Source: Octopus vulgaris (Eukaryota). From it: a DNA stretch of 64,000 nucleotides. Positions 13,763-27,208 of the stretch are shown here, in pieces; positions within the stretch are counted from its first letter, which is position 1, and each line of letters starts with the position of its first letter. The notes beneath the pieces were generated by a model that had not been told where the DNA came from, ran no database searches, and worked only from the letters and a program-made list of their open reading frames with translations. The stretch is taken from the NCBI GenBank assembly GCA_951406725.2, contig OX597820.1:82832001-82896000 (forward strand), given 5' to 3'. The translations under genes and the position numbers were made by a program.

Positions 13763-15589
13763 ATAGGCAGCTATGCATTGTCTGTATATATGTTTGCATG
13801 TCGTTGTGTGAGGTATAATCTAGCAGTTAATTATACTGCATAACTGAGCAAGTTTGTGCGGTCACTTAATGATGTAACTTGCGCATAGAGAAAATATAGC
13901 AGATGTTTTCATCGAAACAGCAGTTACTTGACAGTAGACTTGAACAAGACTTGAAACGTTCTCATATGCTTAAGAAAGCGTTTAAACACTTCTATACGGG
14001 TGTTGGATAGTATAATATCTACTTCACAATAGAGAGTGGCATAATTTCTGAGTTAAATGTCGGAGTGATATCTGTTTTAATTTTCAACTAATAACCTTTA
14101 TTATCACCAGCTTAAAATATGTTTTTTACATCATAATAACACATACAGGACTTCTATATTATATGAAACTCAATTAGCAAGTGCATTTTCCTTATGAAAT
14201 CTCAAGTATATATAACTGAATTCTATCGGTTAATTTAATTAAATTAAATTTATTCTTAGTCAATCTCTTTCAATACGTATATGAAACTTATTAGAACACA
14301 CAGGCATACTTTGACCTAATACATAAAACTCTCAGTCTTATCCAGTAACTTAGGTTAACGTGAGGTCAGATGCAAAGTAAACTCTGTTGACTTCGAACTA
14401 GGCTTGTGGAAAAACCCCGAATGGAGATTCATAGCAGAATATCGTGAGCTACATATGTAACTGTACATACTCAGGGTAACAGAATCACGTGTCAGTGATT
14501 TTAACTAACTAATTATACTTGTAATTAAGTGCTAAATTAAAGAAAATTTGAAGACATACCACTCTCGTATTCTTTGTAATTAAGAATTTCTTTCTCCCTC
14601 TCTCTCTCTCTCTCTTGTTCTCTTTCTAACACCTTCCGTGCTACTATGCGTCTCTGTCTTGTAACTTCTCCTTTACCTTCCCTCTCGTTGCTCTCTGTGT
14701 TTCTCTCTTCCCTTTACCACTATTCTCCCTCCTACCAGTGACACATGACCCGTGGTCCTCATCACTTTTCATCCCCGTTTCCTTTTCATGTCGATCACCT
14801 AGGTGACCCGTTGTGTTTCTTTTGTCTCCCAATTTCAACACGTTTTGTTGTCTCTCCGTTGTTTTCTTCATTTCAAATCCTTTAGGATGTTCTTCCTGGC
14901 GTTACCCGTATTTTTGTTTCATGTCTATAACCCAAGGACTTAATCTGTTTATTAATTTCATTTTATTTGCCTGTCGACATTCTGTAGTGTTTGTTTTTTG
15001 CCTTATCCCTATTCGTTTCGTCTTGAGTATTATTTCGTTTGTATTGCATATTTATTTCTTGTTTATATGTTCACTTTCTGTCGTGTTTGGTCCCTTATTC
15101 GTTTGCTCGTTAATTCCCGGCAGATTCACGTGACTGAATCCACCAAAAGAATTTACTATTATCACTAAAGACGTGAATTTGCAGCGATCCTTTGGACGAT
15201 AATTGACGAGTATTTGGCAACATTCTGTGAGTTTCTCCGTTTGTCCTATATGCTTTTGCTAATACACACACACACACACACACACACAATTATATTCTAT
15301 ATAATTATATTTTATATATATATATATATATATTGCCTAAAGTATTTTTCATGCTGGCCACTTGTACAATTCATTAATTTTTAACGATTTTATCCTTTAA
15401 TTATGTTTAGAGGTATCATATTCACTTTGGGACAGTTTATTTACTTCTGCACTATTTTGACCAAATACACACGTGTTGAGGTGGACCACGAAATTCGATT
15501 CGTCTATATTTGTGAATATTTATATGTACTCGAGTTTATACGTGTGCATTTGTATGGGTATATATACATATTTTCATTTATCACGCTCG

Positions 15590-15670
15590 CTATATTCCAC
15601 TGATGAAGGTAGATTTATTATGGTTATCCTGAAGTTGATCAAACTAGGATTATCCGAATTATTTTATGAA
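15590..15670 (+). ncRNA. Degenerate hammerhead-like motif in a pLTR-like repeat
   Basis: CTGATGA at 15600, long stem II (ATCCT/AGGAT, AGTT/AACT), CCGAA at ~15654; downstream core eroded. Confidence 0.3.
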
Positions 15671-15859
15671 TTTTTGGTTTGTCCACTTTTCCCGCTTTGA
15701 ACTTGTGTACATTGAAACGAATCTTGAAGTGGTTGGACTATTTGGCATCTTTTTCTATCATAAAGGCACAGTGAATTCTGTGCCCTTAATTATAATCATA
15801 TTCGTATTTCCATTACATCTTTTTTCTATAGCAATAACTTATCAAAAATCGATTTAATT

Positions 15860-16500
15860 CTTCTCGCGAGCACCAACTCTGCCAGTAATTTTCCTGAATT
15901 TGTATTTGGATTGAGGGTTACTCTATATACCCTTCAGAAATTTGTTAGTGCTTCGTCGTTACTTAATTATATCTTAGCTTTTCTTAACGCTATTTTTGAA
16001 CGTGTCCACAAAACTTTCTACTTGCCCGTTTGACCTTGGATAGTAGGATTGAGTGAAAGTATGCTTTATTGCATGCATCTTACTGAAGTTCTTGAATTAA
16101 TATCCCCAAAATTGCGTTCCATTTTCAAAAACTAACGTGTCTAGAACACCGTATGGTACAAACAATTCATATAGGAACTTTATAGGTTTAGCGATTGCTT
16201 TATTGCACCTGCATACCACTGACCACTTTGTACAGCTGTATGCCACGATTAGATAGTAAGCACTGTGCGCAGATCCAGCATAGTCGATATATAACCTAAA
16301 CAATGGGTTCTCAGTCTCCGGCCACGATTGATATTTACCGGAAGGGCGTTGGCCGCGAGCGCGCAACCTCGATAAGTACTCACCAAATTTTCGATATCTC
16401 GATCCATAATCGGCCAATAGACGTAACTCCTCATCATAACTTTCCTCCTCGACGTTCCTGAGTGTCCGCTGTGGAATTTCTGCAATACTTCTGCAATCTT
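15860..16500 (-). mobile_element. Ty3/Gypsy integrase relic (HHCC Zn finger and rve core)
   Basis: VLQKFHSGHSG...MRSYVYWPIMDRDIENLV...C; WPETENPLFRLYIDYAG; YGVLDTLVFENGTQF; YYPRSNGQVESFVDTFK across frameshifts. Confidence 0.88.
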
Positions 16501-17426
16501 GTGCAAATCCTGCAAACCGACCCGGACCGCCACCTCGAGGCCTTACCCCTATCAGTCTACCTCAGTCATTCTTGCAACCTCTAAAACCTTCCCCTCCTTC
16601 ACAGTGCCATACATAATGGCTGTCACCATCCACGCCTCATCAAGCTCAGGGGGCACCCTACCGATTCCCACTCCGGTCACACGTTTGCCACAGCAAGTCG
16701 GCAGCAGCACCCACTCCGGCGACCCCAGCGTCACAGTGGTGCAGTTCATATCGTCTCGTCCGATCACGAACACAACCTCCACCGCGCCGCACCCCCCACC
16801 TCTGGTACAAATAGTCGTGAGGCCCTCCACCTCCTTCAGACACTCCTCCAACGCATCCACAGTAGCTGCCTCAATCCCCTTCGGTTCCGTGGACAGCGCA
16901 TCATACACCACCGTTCGCCCGGTTACATTCGCTGTCAAATCCTGCGGCGGGGTCAACTTCAGGCCGGCACCATCCCTCTCAATAAGCCTACTGAACCGCT
17001 TCAACCTCTCCTCCTCCTCTTCCACCTCTCGAACCCGCAGAACGTCCGCAGTTAATCTTCTTCCAGTTGCTGCAGCGCAGCTACCGGCTTGAACCGGTTC
17101 GCCTTCCATCGCTTATCCTTCCACCACAACTGCACCCCTAAATGGGGAAGAAAACAGAAATCACAGGCAGAAACAACAGCAAGGACCAACTCAACAATTC
17201 AACAATTAGGCCAAACGACAAAGTTCATCCCTACGGGAGAACTTCAACAATTAATCAACCATGCGACACACGGGGATAAAAAAAGGATAAAATAAAATAG
17301 TGAAAAAAAACCCAATATGAACTCGACCAAACTACGAACTACTGACTACGTCAGGCTGCTACTGTTTATGTGTTGCGGTCCCGCCTATTCTCGTCAGAGG
17401 GTGTCGTACTCTCACCACAACATGTA
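16501..17426 (-). mobile_element. GC-rich 5' UTR and ORF1 N-terminus of a probable L1/Tx1-like LINE, 3'-truncated
   Basis: Sharp GC-rich block. ORF 17109-16552 (…LLPTCCGKRVTGVGIGRVPPELDEAW…) resembles the RRM-like region of LINE ORF1p and is preceded by a T-rich leader. Family assignment is inference. Confidence 0.55.
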
Positions 17427-17429
17427 GAA

Positions 17430-19310
17430 AGGCATTTTCTTCTATGAAACAGCCAATGAAAATAGTATTCTAAATGCTCTATAGCATTAGTTTTTCAATG
17501 CTCTTCTTTGTCTAGTGTTATTACACAGCTGGAAATATGAATATTCGTAGTAATATGATAATGGCTACTATTTTAAAAAATATTCGGCGTGGTAGAAGTC
17601 CAGAAGGTTACAAGTACTTTTAAAATATTTTAGAATTATTGACATAGTCTCTGAGGTCCGCAACTAAATCGATAACCTTTATAACAATGTCTATCTGTGG
17701 AAGTGCGATCTTATTGTTTATGCACAGTGATAATTACTGATGCAAAAATTGCTCTTTTAAATAAATACCAGTGGTAATAAATATTTGACCTTAGGTTGTT
17801 GACTGGTGAAACCGTTGTATTAATTAAATCTATACCTAAATAATTATACTTATCAAAGAATATTTCCTACCTCAAAGTTTTAAAATATCTTAAGCCAATT
17901 CTGGAGATTAATCATCGCTCAAATGGCTGTGAAGTACATTTATGTCGTGTCTCCAGGAATAAAATGAATTCAAGTATCTTTTAACTTGGCTTTTTTAGGG
18001 CTTCTTAAAATTACTGAATGTAAAGTTCTGCTATCGCAATCGATGCGCTATTAATAAATTAGAATTGTTTTGTTTTGCCATCATGTTCTTATTCTCCACA
18101 AATCATATACCAGCACTTTAATACATGGTGTATCCCAAATATTTTGCTAAAATTACAAACTTGCCTGTAAGTATTGGCTAAATTCACGAATTTAGAAGTA
18201 GAATTTGTTATTTTTGGTTCCTGAAATAAATTAGCAGCAGCATCTAAAGAAACATTAGCGAACCCGCTTTTCGTTTCTATTGCTGTAATTTGGTAAGCTG
18301 AAGCTTTAAAGGGATGTTATTTTTTTATAGTTCCTAAAAGTATATCTAGAAAACTGTCCTTTTCTCTCATAATAAAATATCTCGAGTAGCCATAATTTTT
18401 TATTTTGATGCGGCAGGAAATGTATTTTAATATATTATTAAATTATCGAATTCACTGACACCATTACCTTCTAAACCACGAAATATTACGTTGTAGATAT
18501 CATCATTATATTATATTTTATCTTACTGCTAGGATATTACTGCTCGATTTAATGTTTCTAGTTTTCAGTATACTCATTTCTTTACTTCACCCATATTCAT
18601 ACTGAGTTTCCTAAACAACTTTTTCAATGCAGGTTATTGGTGTTCTGAAGCGTTTTCATGTGAACATATCTCACAATTGCGTATAAAAGAACAAACTAAA
18701 TACGAATATTGTTAAAGAAGCTGACTCGAATAATCAGCTAAACACGATAGAATTTTCTGAAGTAATATTTTAAAATGTTGTTATATAAAAGCGTCATCCG
18801 CTTCGATTGCCGAAAAACAAGAGATGTTGTTCGAATTTACTTTTTATCGAAATTATCTTACATGAACTTTGTTTTTCTGAAGAATTTCTTGTGGAATTAA
18901 AATAACTTCTAACGTTCTAGTGGGAAAGGTTTCCTGGAGATATTTTGCTTTTCGTGAATATTACATATTGAGGGTATGCAACAATTATTTCGGTAAATTC
19001 TTTAGGGATCAATTTGTGCCATTATGCGTCCCTCCTCTATAAATGTTGGTGTAAAGCCTCTTGTTTTGAAAGTTGTTGCTCCAAATAATATCATCTGAAA
19101 AAGTGCAATTGTCTGCTTGATGTTTTGCTTTGGTTTTAAAAAGGATTTTGACTCTCATGTGGTACCCGAAAAAAGAATCATTATAAGCTCTACGGGAGCA
19201 ATTATAGGTGAATGAACATTCCCATTAAGAAAACACATGATTAACGACTACTTTCTTGTTCCACTTTCTATCACAACACTTACCACACGTTTTGCACCCA
19301 GCACAAAGAT
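17430..19310 (-). mobile_element. Highly decayed Helitron Rep/helicase relic (N-terminal Zn finger to Rep domain)
   Basis: Colinear frame-broken motifs: CGKCCDRKWNK..MCFLNGNV; LFSGTT*ESKSFL; NCTFQM..FGAT..GFTPTF; YFIMREKDSF; GKFVIL; KIALPQIDIVI. These match typical RepHel order. Confidence 0.6.
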
Positions 19311-19750
19311 ATAATTATTTTCAATGTATAAATATTACTAATATAACACTTAACCACAATACCAAACCATGACAATTGTTTCTACATTTTCTCCTCATGT
19401 TCCCTGTTAGACTGAGATTTAAGAATACGTTCGTTGTTCTATAGATTTACTTTTTTATTTCATTGTCTTTGTAATTTTAAATTTCCTTCATTTATGATCT
19501 ATTTTTATCTTTTTTAATTTCAATACATTTCCCTAAATATCAGCAATCACATTTCTCTACATTCGTCGTTTGCTTAGCCTAAAGCTTCTTCCCTGTAAAT
19601 AATTGCATGCATTTGTATACATTTATACATATATACATACAGACACGCATAAATATAAGTATATGTTTTTCTTACATGCATGTAAGAAAAGAGAAGTGAT
19701 CGGAAATGGAGAGATAGAGAATGTGATTTTTGAAGGAAAGTGCGAAAATG

Positions 19751-19753
<3 letters not shown>

Positions 19754-19835
<82 letters not shown>

Positions 19836-19844
19836 TGTGTGTGT
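19754..19844. repeat. (TA)n(TG)n microsatellite
   Basis: Direct observation. Confidence 0.95.
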
Positions 19845-20202
19845 GGTAGCAGCTGTGTGCATGTGTTTGGTCATGTTGGTGATGTATTCGTGAGGAAGTG
19901 AAGATAAGTTAACAACAGTAGTTAGATTTGGTTTTGAGAGTTGAGATATATTTGTGGGCATAGATGTTGGTGTATGTGTACCTATCAGTGTGTGTCAGTG
20001 CGTATGTGTGTGTATGTGTGTAGGTATGTTTGCGTATGCATATGTGTGTTGGTGTGCTTGAACAGTTTTTGTTCATGATTAAATATGGAAACGTCTTTGT
20101 ATGTGTGCCGTAAGTATGCATGTTGTAGGGAGGTATACATTATGTATGTAGGTGTGTCGAAGTATGCGGAAGATATATATATATGTATATATATCAATCA
20201 AT

Positions 20203-20525
20203 GCCCCCTTCGGTCATGAATGACCATGGGATGCACTGAGAAAGTTCCCCTCTGAGACACAATTCTCGACACGGTTGTTTTTTATGGAAGACTAGCTATA
20301 AGCATCTCCCCTACTCCACGCAACCGATGTTATTCAAAAGAAAGCTAAAGGACGATACAGCTTGGCGCCAGTGACGTCGCAACCCATTTCTACAGCTGAG
20401 TGAACTGGAGCAACAGGAAATAGAATATCTTGATCAAGAACACAACACACATTTCTGTCCGGGAATTGTACTCACTAACTAGTGATTGTTAGACCGACGC
20501 TCTAACCACTGAGTATATGCATCTG
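20203..20525 (-). mobile_element. tRNA-derived SINE, family C
   Basis: Reverse complement aligns with the host SINE at 34013-34588 (ctcagtggttagagcgtcg...gttgctccagttcactcag...gttgcgacgtcac...catgaccgaagggg). Confidence 0.85.
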
Positions 20526-23486
20526 CGTATACTTATACATATATATATATATACATGTGTGAATATGTGTATATATATATATGGTTAGATTTTGTTACGA
20601 AAATCTTCAGGACTAAGTTATATAATTGAAATTCTGTCCACTGACACACACATTGTATATAACCAATTTCACTCATTCAGCGGAATGTGTAAAATAGTTA
20701 TTTTGGCTGGTAGTGCTATTGTGTATCAACATTGGCGGTAATAGGGTAATGTACGACCAACACGCCGAAAAGTGAACTCTAATTCAAACCCCAATCTAAA
20801 GCCTCGAGTATTGAAGGATATGTCGTATAATGAAGATTTAAACATTCAGTTTCCCCCAAAGAAGAAAAAAAAAACACGAAACGTAATGGTCATATCTGGA
20901 ACACTTTTGAATGTAAATATTTCTAGTTAGAGCTCATTTGTTGCAAAACAATAAACATCATTTTCTGCAATGTTTCCAATACATGTAGGCACAATCTCCT
21001 ACAAACACACGGACAAGAATTACTCACACATACACGCACACAGAGACATAGACAATCTGTAAAACATTCACAGTTATGTACACTCACACAACCACCTCTA
21101 ATACTTGTTATGTTGTAGAGCTGCCACTGCTAGACATTTAAACACAGACAGTATGGCTAGTGATTACATCACCATCAAATAGAAATAACTATGTTACTTT
21201 TTTATTTAAAATCATGTAACACTTGAAATGTCAAAAAAAGAACTATAATTTTAAACTTTAATATTTTCAATTAAATATTTTCTTGTTTTCTATGCGTTTT
21301 TTTCGAATCAAAAATCTTACATTTTATTGAATACAAAGAGAAAAAAAAAAATAAATAAAAATTAACAAAGTACAAATTAACAGACAATACTATCAATATA
21401 GTAAACACGTTTATTGAGGTGTTGTGCCTGAGGTAGAAATCAATAAAAGAATACATAGCAGAGCCAATAGAATAGTCAAAATCGACGGAATTCTAATATT
21501 TCAATATTACCAATGTGATGTTTGATGTTTACGCCAGTTGTCTTAACAGCAAGCGCTATGACTATAATTATATATATTTAAATAGTCTCGCAGAATCTTG
21601 CTTCTGAATTTTCAACAGACAGAAAAAAACTAATATGTATACATAAACATATAAAAATTGCTATACACACACAACTATAAACACACACACCCACACACAT
21701 GTTGCTTTAAGACGCTCGCTTTGCAGCCACGATATTTTGGATTCATTCCGAGTATAAGGTATCTTAATTTGCGCAAGTCTCGTCTGCTCTAAACCCAATT
21801 CGACCAATACGTTATAGAGAAAAACTGCCCAGAAACCCCCCTCTCTCTCTCCCTCTCTCCCTCTCTCCTCCTCTCTCTCTTATGCACATACGTCTACGCA
21901 CATATATACATATACACAGATCTGCAAACAGATACATATAAACACAGTAACATACCTATACTTATTCAATCTTGTGCCTCTGTCAGTAGCCACCTAATTT
22001 TCACGATTCACAGTATCACTTTATCAGGCCACTAGTCATAGCCGAGTGTAAGGTTGTTTTTTTTTTATATCGGAGAGTATTATATAGGAAAGAAGTATGC
22101 AGAACCATGGTCATGATGAAATGATTTGAAAGATATATATATTAATGAAACTTACACATTTATGTTTAATGATTGATATTTAATAGTCACACTGACATAT
22201 ATTTTGTTACAAAGGTAAGAACTGCAACTCAGTGCGCAAATTAGGGAATAATATTTCATCATTTTTTTAAATGTGAAGGAACACTAGTGAACCAAAGGCC
22301 AAGAGTTTTGTGCATAGCTGTTAAGATTTCGATAAAGGCTATGTGAAAAGGAGTCGGCTCTTGTGTGATTTAAGCTATATTTCATCTAATAGGTATTACA
22401 GAATCAACCACAAGAGAAACAAGCAAATTAGAATCGTAAAGAAATGCACGCACACACTCTCCTTCACACACATACATATACACCCCGGGCAAACTAGTGA
22501 AGACTACTGAATCTTCCAATGAGTGCCATCACCAAGTCCAGAGCCTTAACATATTTATATACACAACCCATATCTTTAACAAAATGAAGAAAACAACATA
22601 AAAATGATTAAGCCGCAGCACTGCTCCGGTGGAACAAACTGAAACGAAATAAATAAAGGAAAATAAGCAAATTTAATGTAAAAATCTCATGAAAAACAGT
22701 TCCTGAAACTTTATCCAAACAGTTTTATGAAAGATTCAGCAAATGGATGACCTTTTCAAAAAAGTTTCTTCAATACAGCCAACAAATAACGACAGTCTGA
22801 ATGACTGGAACTCTTCCGCAGTGGTAGTAGCATTGAGTTAAAGGAGATTTGCTCCTAATAGAGATAAATCCTCAACTAAAAGCCTGAAAAGGAAAACAAA
22901 GAAAATGCATAAAATAGAAGGAAGATTAAGTCATCTTCTCTGTAATGAATATGTCTTTATGTCATAGAAAAAGAGGAAAAAAACTATTGATAAAAACAAA
23001 TTCAATCCAGAAATAGAAACAAATGAAAGCACATCAACCCAATCATTGAGTATAAGAGGTTATAACAATCGTAAATACTTTATCGAGAAACATGTATCCT
23101 AATGAAATATTAAAGGGTTCAACAACCACATTAACAAAAATAAATGACATTAACACTTGAAGGGACATCAAGCACCAACAAAAATGCACGATACTTGAAG
23201 GATATATGAAAGCAATCATCAAATGAAAATATAGGGTGAATTGGGAGAGAAAATACATAAAAATAATACAAAAGGATATTGCAAGCATGAACTAACATTC
23301 ACGCAAAAGATTCACTCGCATAATGAGAATTGTATTATAGAATGTTCTCAATTTCAGTTTGAAGCCCATGGCCATTACACAACAGCATTTAATGACGTGA
23401 TAAACAGCGCGAAATCACCGCTTGATTGGGTAGTGATGAAAATGTGGGGATCTAAATTTCAAAAATAAAATGCTGCTGAGTACCTA

Positions 23487-23781
23487 CAAGGTAATATCAC
23501 AATGTTCCCGGACGAGTTCTGTAGCGCGCCAACGAATGGCAGCACGCGGATGCGTGCGTAGTGAGTGCTAGCAGTGACCTTCCTTACCGTTTTTTCGACA
23601 TTCGCGGTATTGCACATCGAAAATTTGCTCCCAGGGCCAGACCGTCAATCGAGAATTTTACAGTGGCGTTTTGAAGCGTTTGAGGTAATTACTTCGAAGA
23701 AGATGTTAAAACTTGAGTAAAAAAGTTATTTAAAAAAAAAATCAAATATAACTAGTCCGGGGACCTTTTCATACGAACTCG
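23487..23781 (+). mobile_element. Internally deleted mariner derivative (MITE-like, ~295 bp)
   Basis: Imperfect TIRs (CAAGGTAATATCACAATGTTCCCGGACGAGTT / AACTAGTCCGGGGACCTTTTCATACGAACTCG) with TA flanks; internal transposase fragment LTVFFDIRGIAH..GQTVNREFYSGVLKRL. Confidence 0.82.
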
Positions 23782-24170
23782 TACTGAAACACAAGCAGCA
23801 ACTGCAAAAGCATCTATCATGTTTATTTTGGATAATCAATCCAGTTCTCCATTGCGTTTCTAAGTACGGAGTTGTCGAGAAGTTTGTCTACTGAAAATAG
23901 AGTTACATGCAAAGGAAGATAACAGGTATCAATACATTCACATTTCAAATAATAATTTACATATTTCAAAACGGGAAGCAAAATTAGAGAAAAAAGAGAA
24001 AGAATGAATACTCAAAACAAATTTTAATGAGTACACACACACACACACGCATATGTATGTATGTGTGTATGTATGTATGTATGTATGTATGTATGTATGT
24101 ATGTATGTATGTGTGTATGTATGTATGTATGTACGGGCGTATATATATAAGAATATGTGTGTGTATATCT

Positions 24171-24578
24171 CCCTCTCTTTTTACTCTTTTACTTGTTTCA
24201 GTCATTTGACTGCGGCCATGCTGGAGCACCGCCTTTAATCGAGCAACTCTACCCCAGGACTTATTCTTTGTAATCCCAGTGCTTATTCTATCGGTCTCTT
24301 TTGCCGCTAAGTGACGGGGATATAAACACACCAGCATCGGTTGTCAAGCAATGCTAGGGGGACAAACACAAACATACACGCACACACATATATACATATA
24401 TATATATACATATATACGACGGGCTTCTTTCAGTTTCCGTCTACCAAATCCACTCACAAGGCTTTGGTCGGCCCGAGGCTATAGTAGAAGACACTTGCCC
24501 AAGGTGCCACGCAGTGGGACTAAACCCAGAACTATGTGGTTGGTAAACTAGCTTCATACCACACAGGCACTCCTGTGC
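24171..24578 (-). mobile_element. tRNA-derived SINE, family A, well preserved
   Basis: On the minus strand: tRNA-like head, ccttgggcaagtg CORE-like segment, internal microsatellite, (GTAAAAGA)n-type tail. Confidence 0.9.
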
Positions 24579-24788
24579 ATATGTATGCATATTTATATAT
24601 GTATGCATATTTATATATCACGAACATAGAAAGCTAGGATACACGGCAACTAGAAAATAATAGTAAAATATCCAAATTAGGATGTTTTTCAAACCTAAAA
24701 AAGCTACTTTGAAGAATTTAATTCTAAAACGATATGAAATAAATCAAGCAGATGGCCAACCGACAAATGTTCCACTATTGGCTGAAGA

Positions 24789-25137
24789 CACCAACATCGG
24801 TTGTCAAGCGACGCTGGAAGCACAAACACACACACAAATACATGCTTACATATATATATGTATATATATATATATATATAATATATATATATATATAATA
24901 TATATACATGTATATATACATATGTATATACATATATATATATATATATACATATGTATATACATATATATATCTGCAACGGGCTTCTTTCAGTTTCCGT
25001 CTACCAAATCCACTCACAAGGCTTTGGTCAGCCCGAATTTATAGAAGACACTAACCCAAGTGTTACGCAGTGGGACTGAACCCGGTACCATGTGGTTGAG
25101 AAACAAGCTTCTTACTACGCAGTTTACTCCTGTGCCT
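24789..25137 (-). mobile_element. SINE family A, lacking its 3' tail
   Basis: Homologous to 24329-24578 with an expanded internal (TA)n. Confidence 0.85.
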
Positions 25138-25781
25138 ATATATATTATTCAAAGACATAAACACACACACACACACACACACATCTTATAGAGAAATACA
25201 GTCTGCTAGGCACTGTGCATGTATTACGTAGTACATCCCACTAGAACAGACAATCATGCAAACAGTTAACACTGCACATGCCCAAGGCACGTAGAGCTGT
25301 GCCGTTTGTGCATTGAACGTACGAAATAAATAGACTACAGAAATGCTAATAACCAGTTTTTATTAAATGAAATTATTATAATTATTATTATTATTAATTT
25401 TATTTTTGTTATTTCTATTTAATATGTGCAGCAGCAACACTAATAATAATAGTAGTAGTGGTGGTGGTGGTAACAATAACACGTTTGTTTTCTTCAATAT
25501 ATTATTAAAAATAAAAGAAAAGCATTTCCTTCACGCTTTTATCTGCTACTACTGCGAACGTAATAAATATTGTTAAACATTCTCGGCGGTAATTTCCATA
25601 AATATATTTTTATTATTAAAATTCAGACGCAATAGGAACAAAATGAAAAATAAACTTAAATAGAAAGAAATTTCTAAAATTCCATATTGTCATAATTCTC
25701 GCCTAAATATATTTATTATTATAGCTGCAGAATACATACACACATATAGATAAATACATGCATACGTACATACATAATACA

Positions 25782-25828
<47 letters not shown>

Positions 25829-26762
25829 GAATACACACACGCAAAAAGAGAGAGAAAAAAACAGTGCTTAAGCTATGAGGATGCAGAGCATTGAACAATG
25901 CTATCAATATGTTGCCTGCTGAAGCTGAAACTTTTACAGTTTGCACGTTCTTAATCTTCACTTCGCAACCGCGGTGTATTCGAGGCTAAGATAGAAAACA
26001 ATCTGTTGTAATGGTAATGGGTACAATACTAATCTGAAGTAATGATTTGAACCATCAGACATGTATGAAAGATTTATAAATAGCGAGAGAAAATCTACTG
26101 AATCACTTTAGTGTTAGCTAATGTGACGTCTCAGTCTGCTCATTATTTTTGTTGGTATATACGATAGCGCAGCTATGGATAACGCACACACACACACACA
26201 CATGATTATTATTCAAAAGAAAACATATTTACTATGGACTCCTGGTACAGCATGCTCAATGATATACAGTAACCGGCCAAAGTTAGCTGCAGTATGCCTA
26301 CACACAGTCGCGGACTAGTTCTAAAGGTATTGGTTGTCAAGAGACAACTATAATACTATCTTTTAATTTTTCTTTTCTTTTTGTTAAAAGTATTATTTTC
26401 AACTGTTTAGAAACACAACTAGGCAGAAATAATTAATGCATTCTTTCAGGAGTGAATAAAAAAATTCTCAAACTTGAGGTGATGGTCCCCATAGATACTA
26501 TCATGTACCCTCATATACGGATTCTAATGGCGCAGGGGTCCACTTGCCATCGGGCAAGCTGGCAACTTGGCCAGTCTGTCACTGCCTACACATATAATCA
26601 GACCATCATCATTTGAAGCGTATTTATAAAAAAATGTTATTAAAGAATACCCACACTTAGGAAAATTATGAGAAAACAAAGTCGGTGGGACACCAGTGCT
26701 TCAACATAAGTATCTTTGAATATAATTTTTTTAACATGTATGATTATTAAGGACCTGCGGTA

Positions 26763-27208
26763 AAGTTTGCGCAATAATATACAATAACCGGCTGGACTGG
26801 TGTGTTCATGAGCGGACTATAGATTTAGCGCATTGTGTAGAGTCTATAAGAATTTGTTTGTGAAAATATTTTTACAGGGGTAGTGTGAGGAGTTTCGGAG
26901 AATTCACGCGATACGCCTTCATTTTTATGATAACTATCAGAAAAATGGGTATTTTATCATGTGATTTTCAACAAATACCTTTTACAATATGTAGATTACA
27001 ACTTTATCAGAATGTAATATGAAAAGAATATTGGTAGGGCCCCGGGACTTGAAATTTCTAAAAAAAGAATTCTCCGAAACTCCTCACACTACCCCTGTAA
27101 AATATTTTCACAAACAAATTCTTATAGACTCTACACAATGCGCTAAATCTATAGTCCAGTCATGAACACACCAGTCCGGCCGGTTATTGTATATTATTGC
27201 GCAAACTT
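26763..27208. repeat. Near-perfect 142-bp inverted duplication with ~160-bp spacer
   Basis: 26763-26905 versus 27067-27208: three substitutions and one indel. Confidence 0.95.

Noticed and set aside
16499-17092. 197-aa Ser/Thr/Pro-rich plus-strand ORF
   Set aside because: Antisense of the GC-rich ORF1-like frame.
17367-17426. Hairpin with CTGACGA on the minus strand at the LINE 5' end (possible ribozyme)
   Set aside because: No GAAA box or stem II, and no fit to twister or HDV topology by eye; only a 13-bp stem is supported.
23200-23468. AFNDVINSAKSPLDW resembling LINE RT domain 0
   Set aside because: One short resemblance with no corroborating neighbouring motifs.
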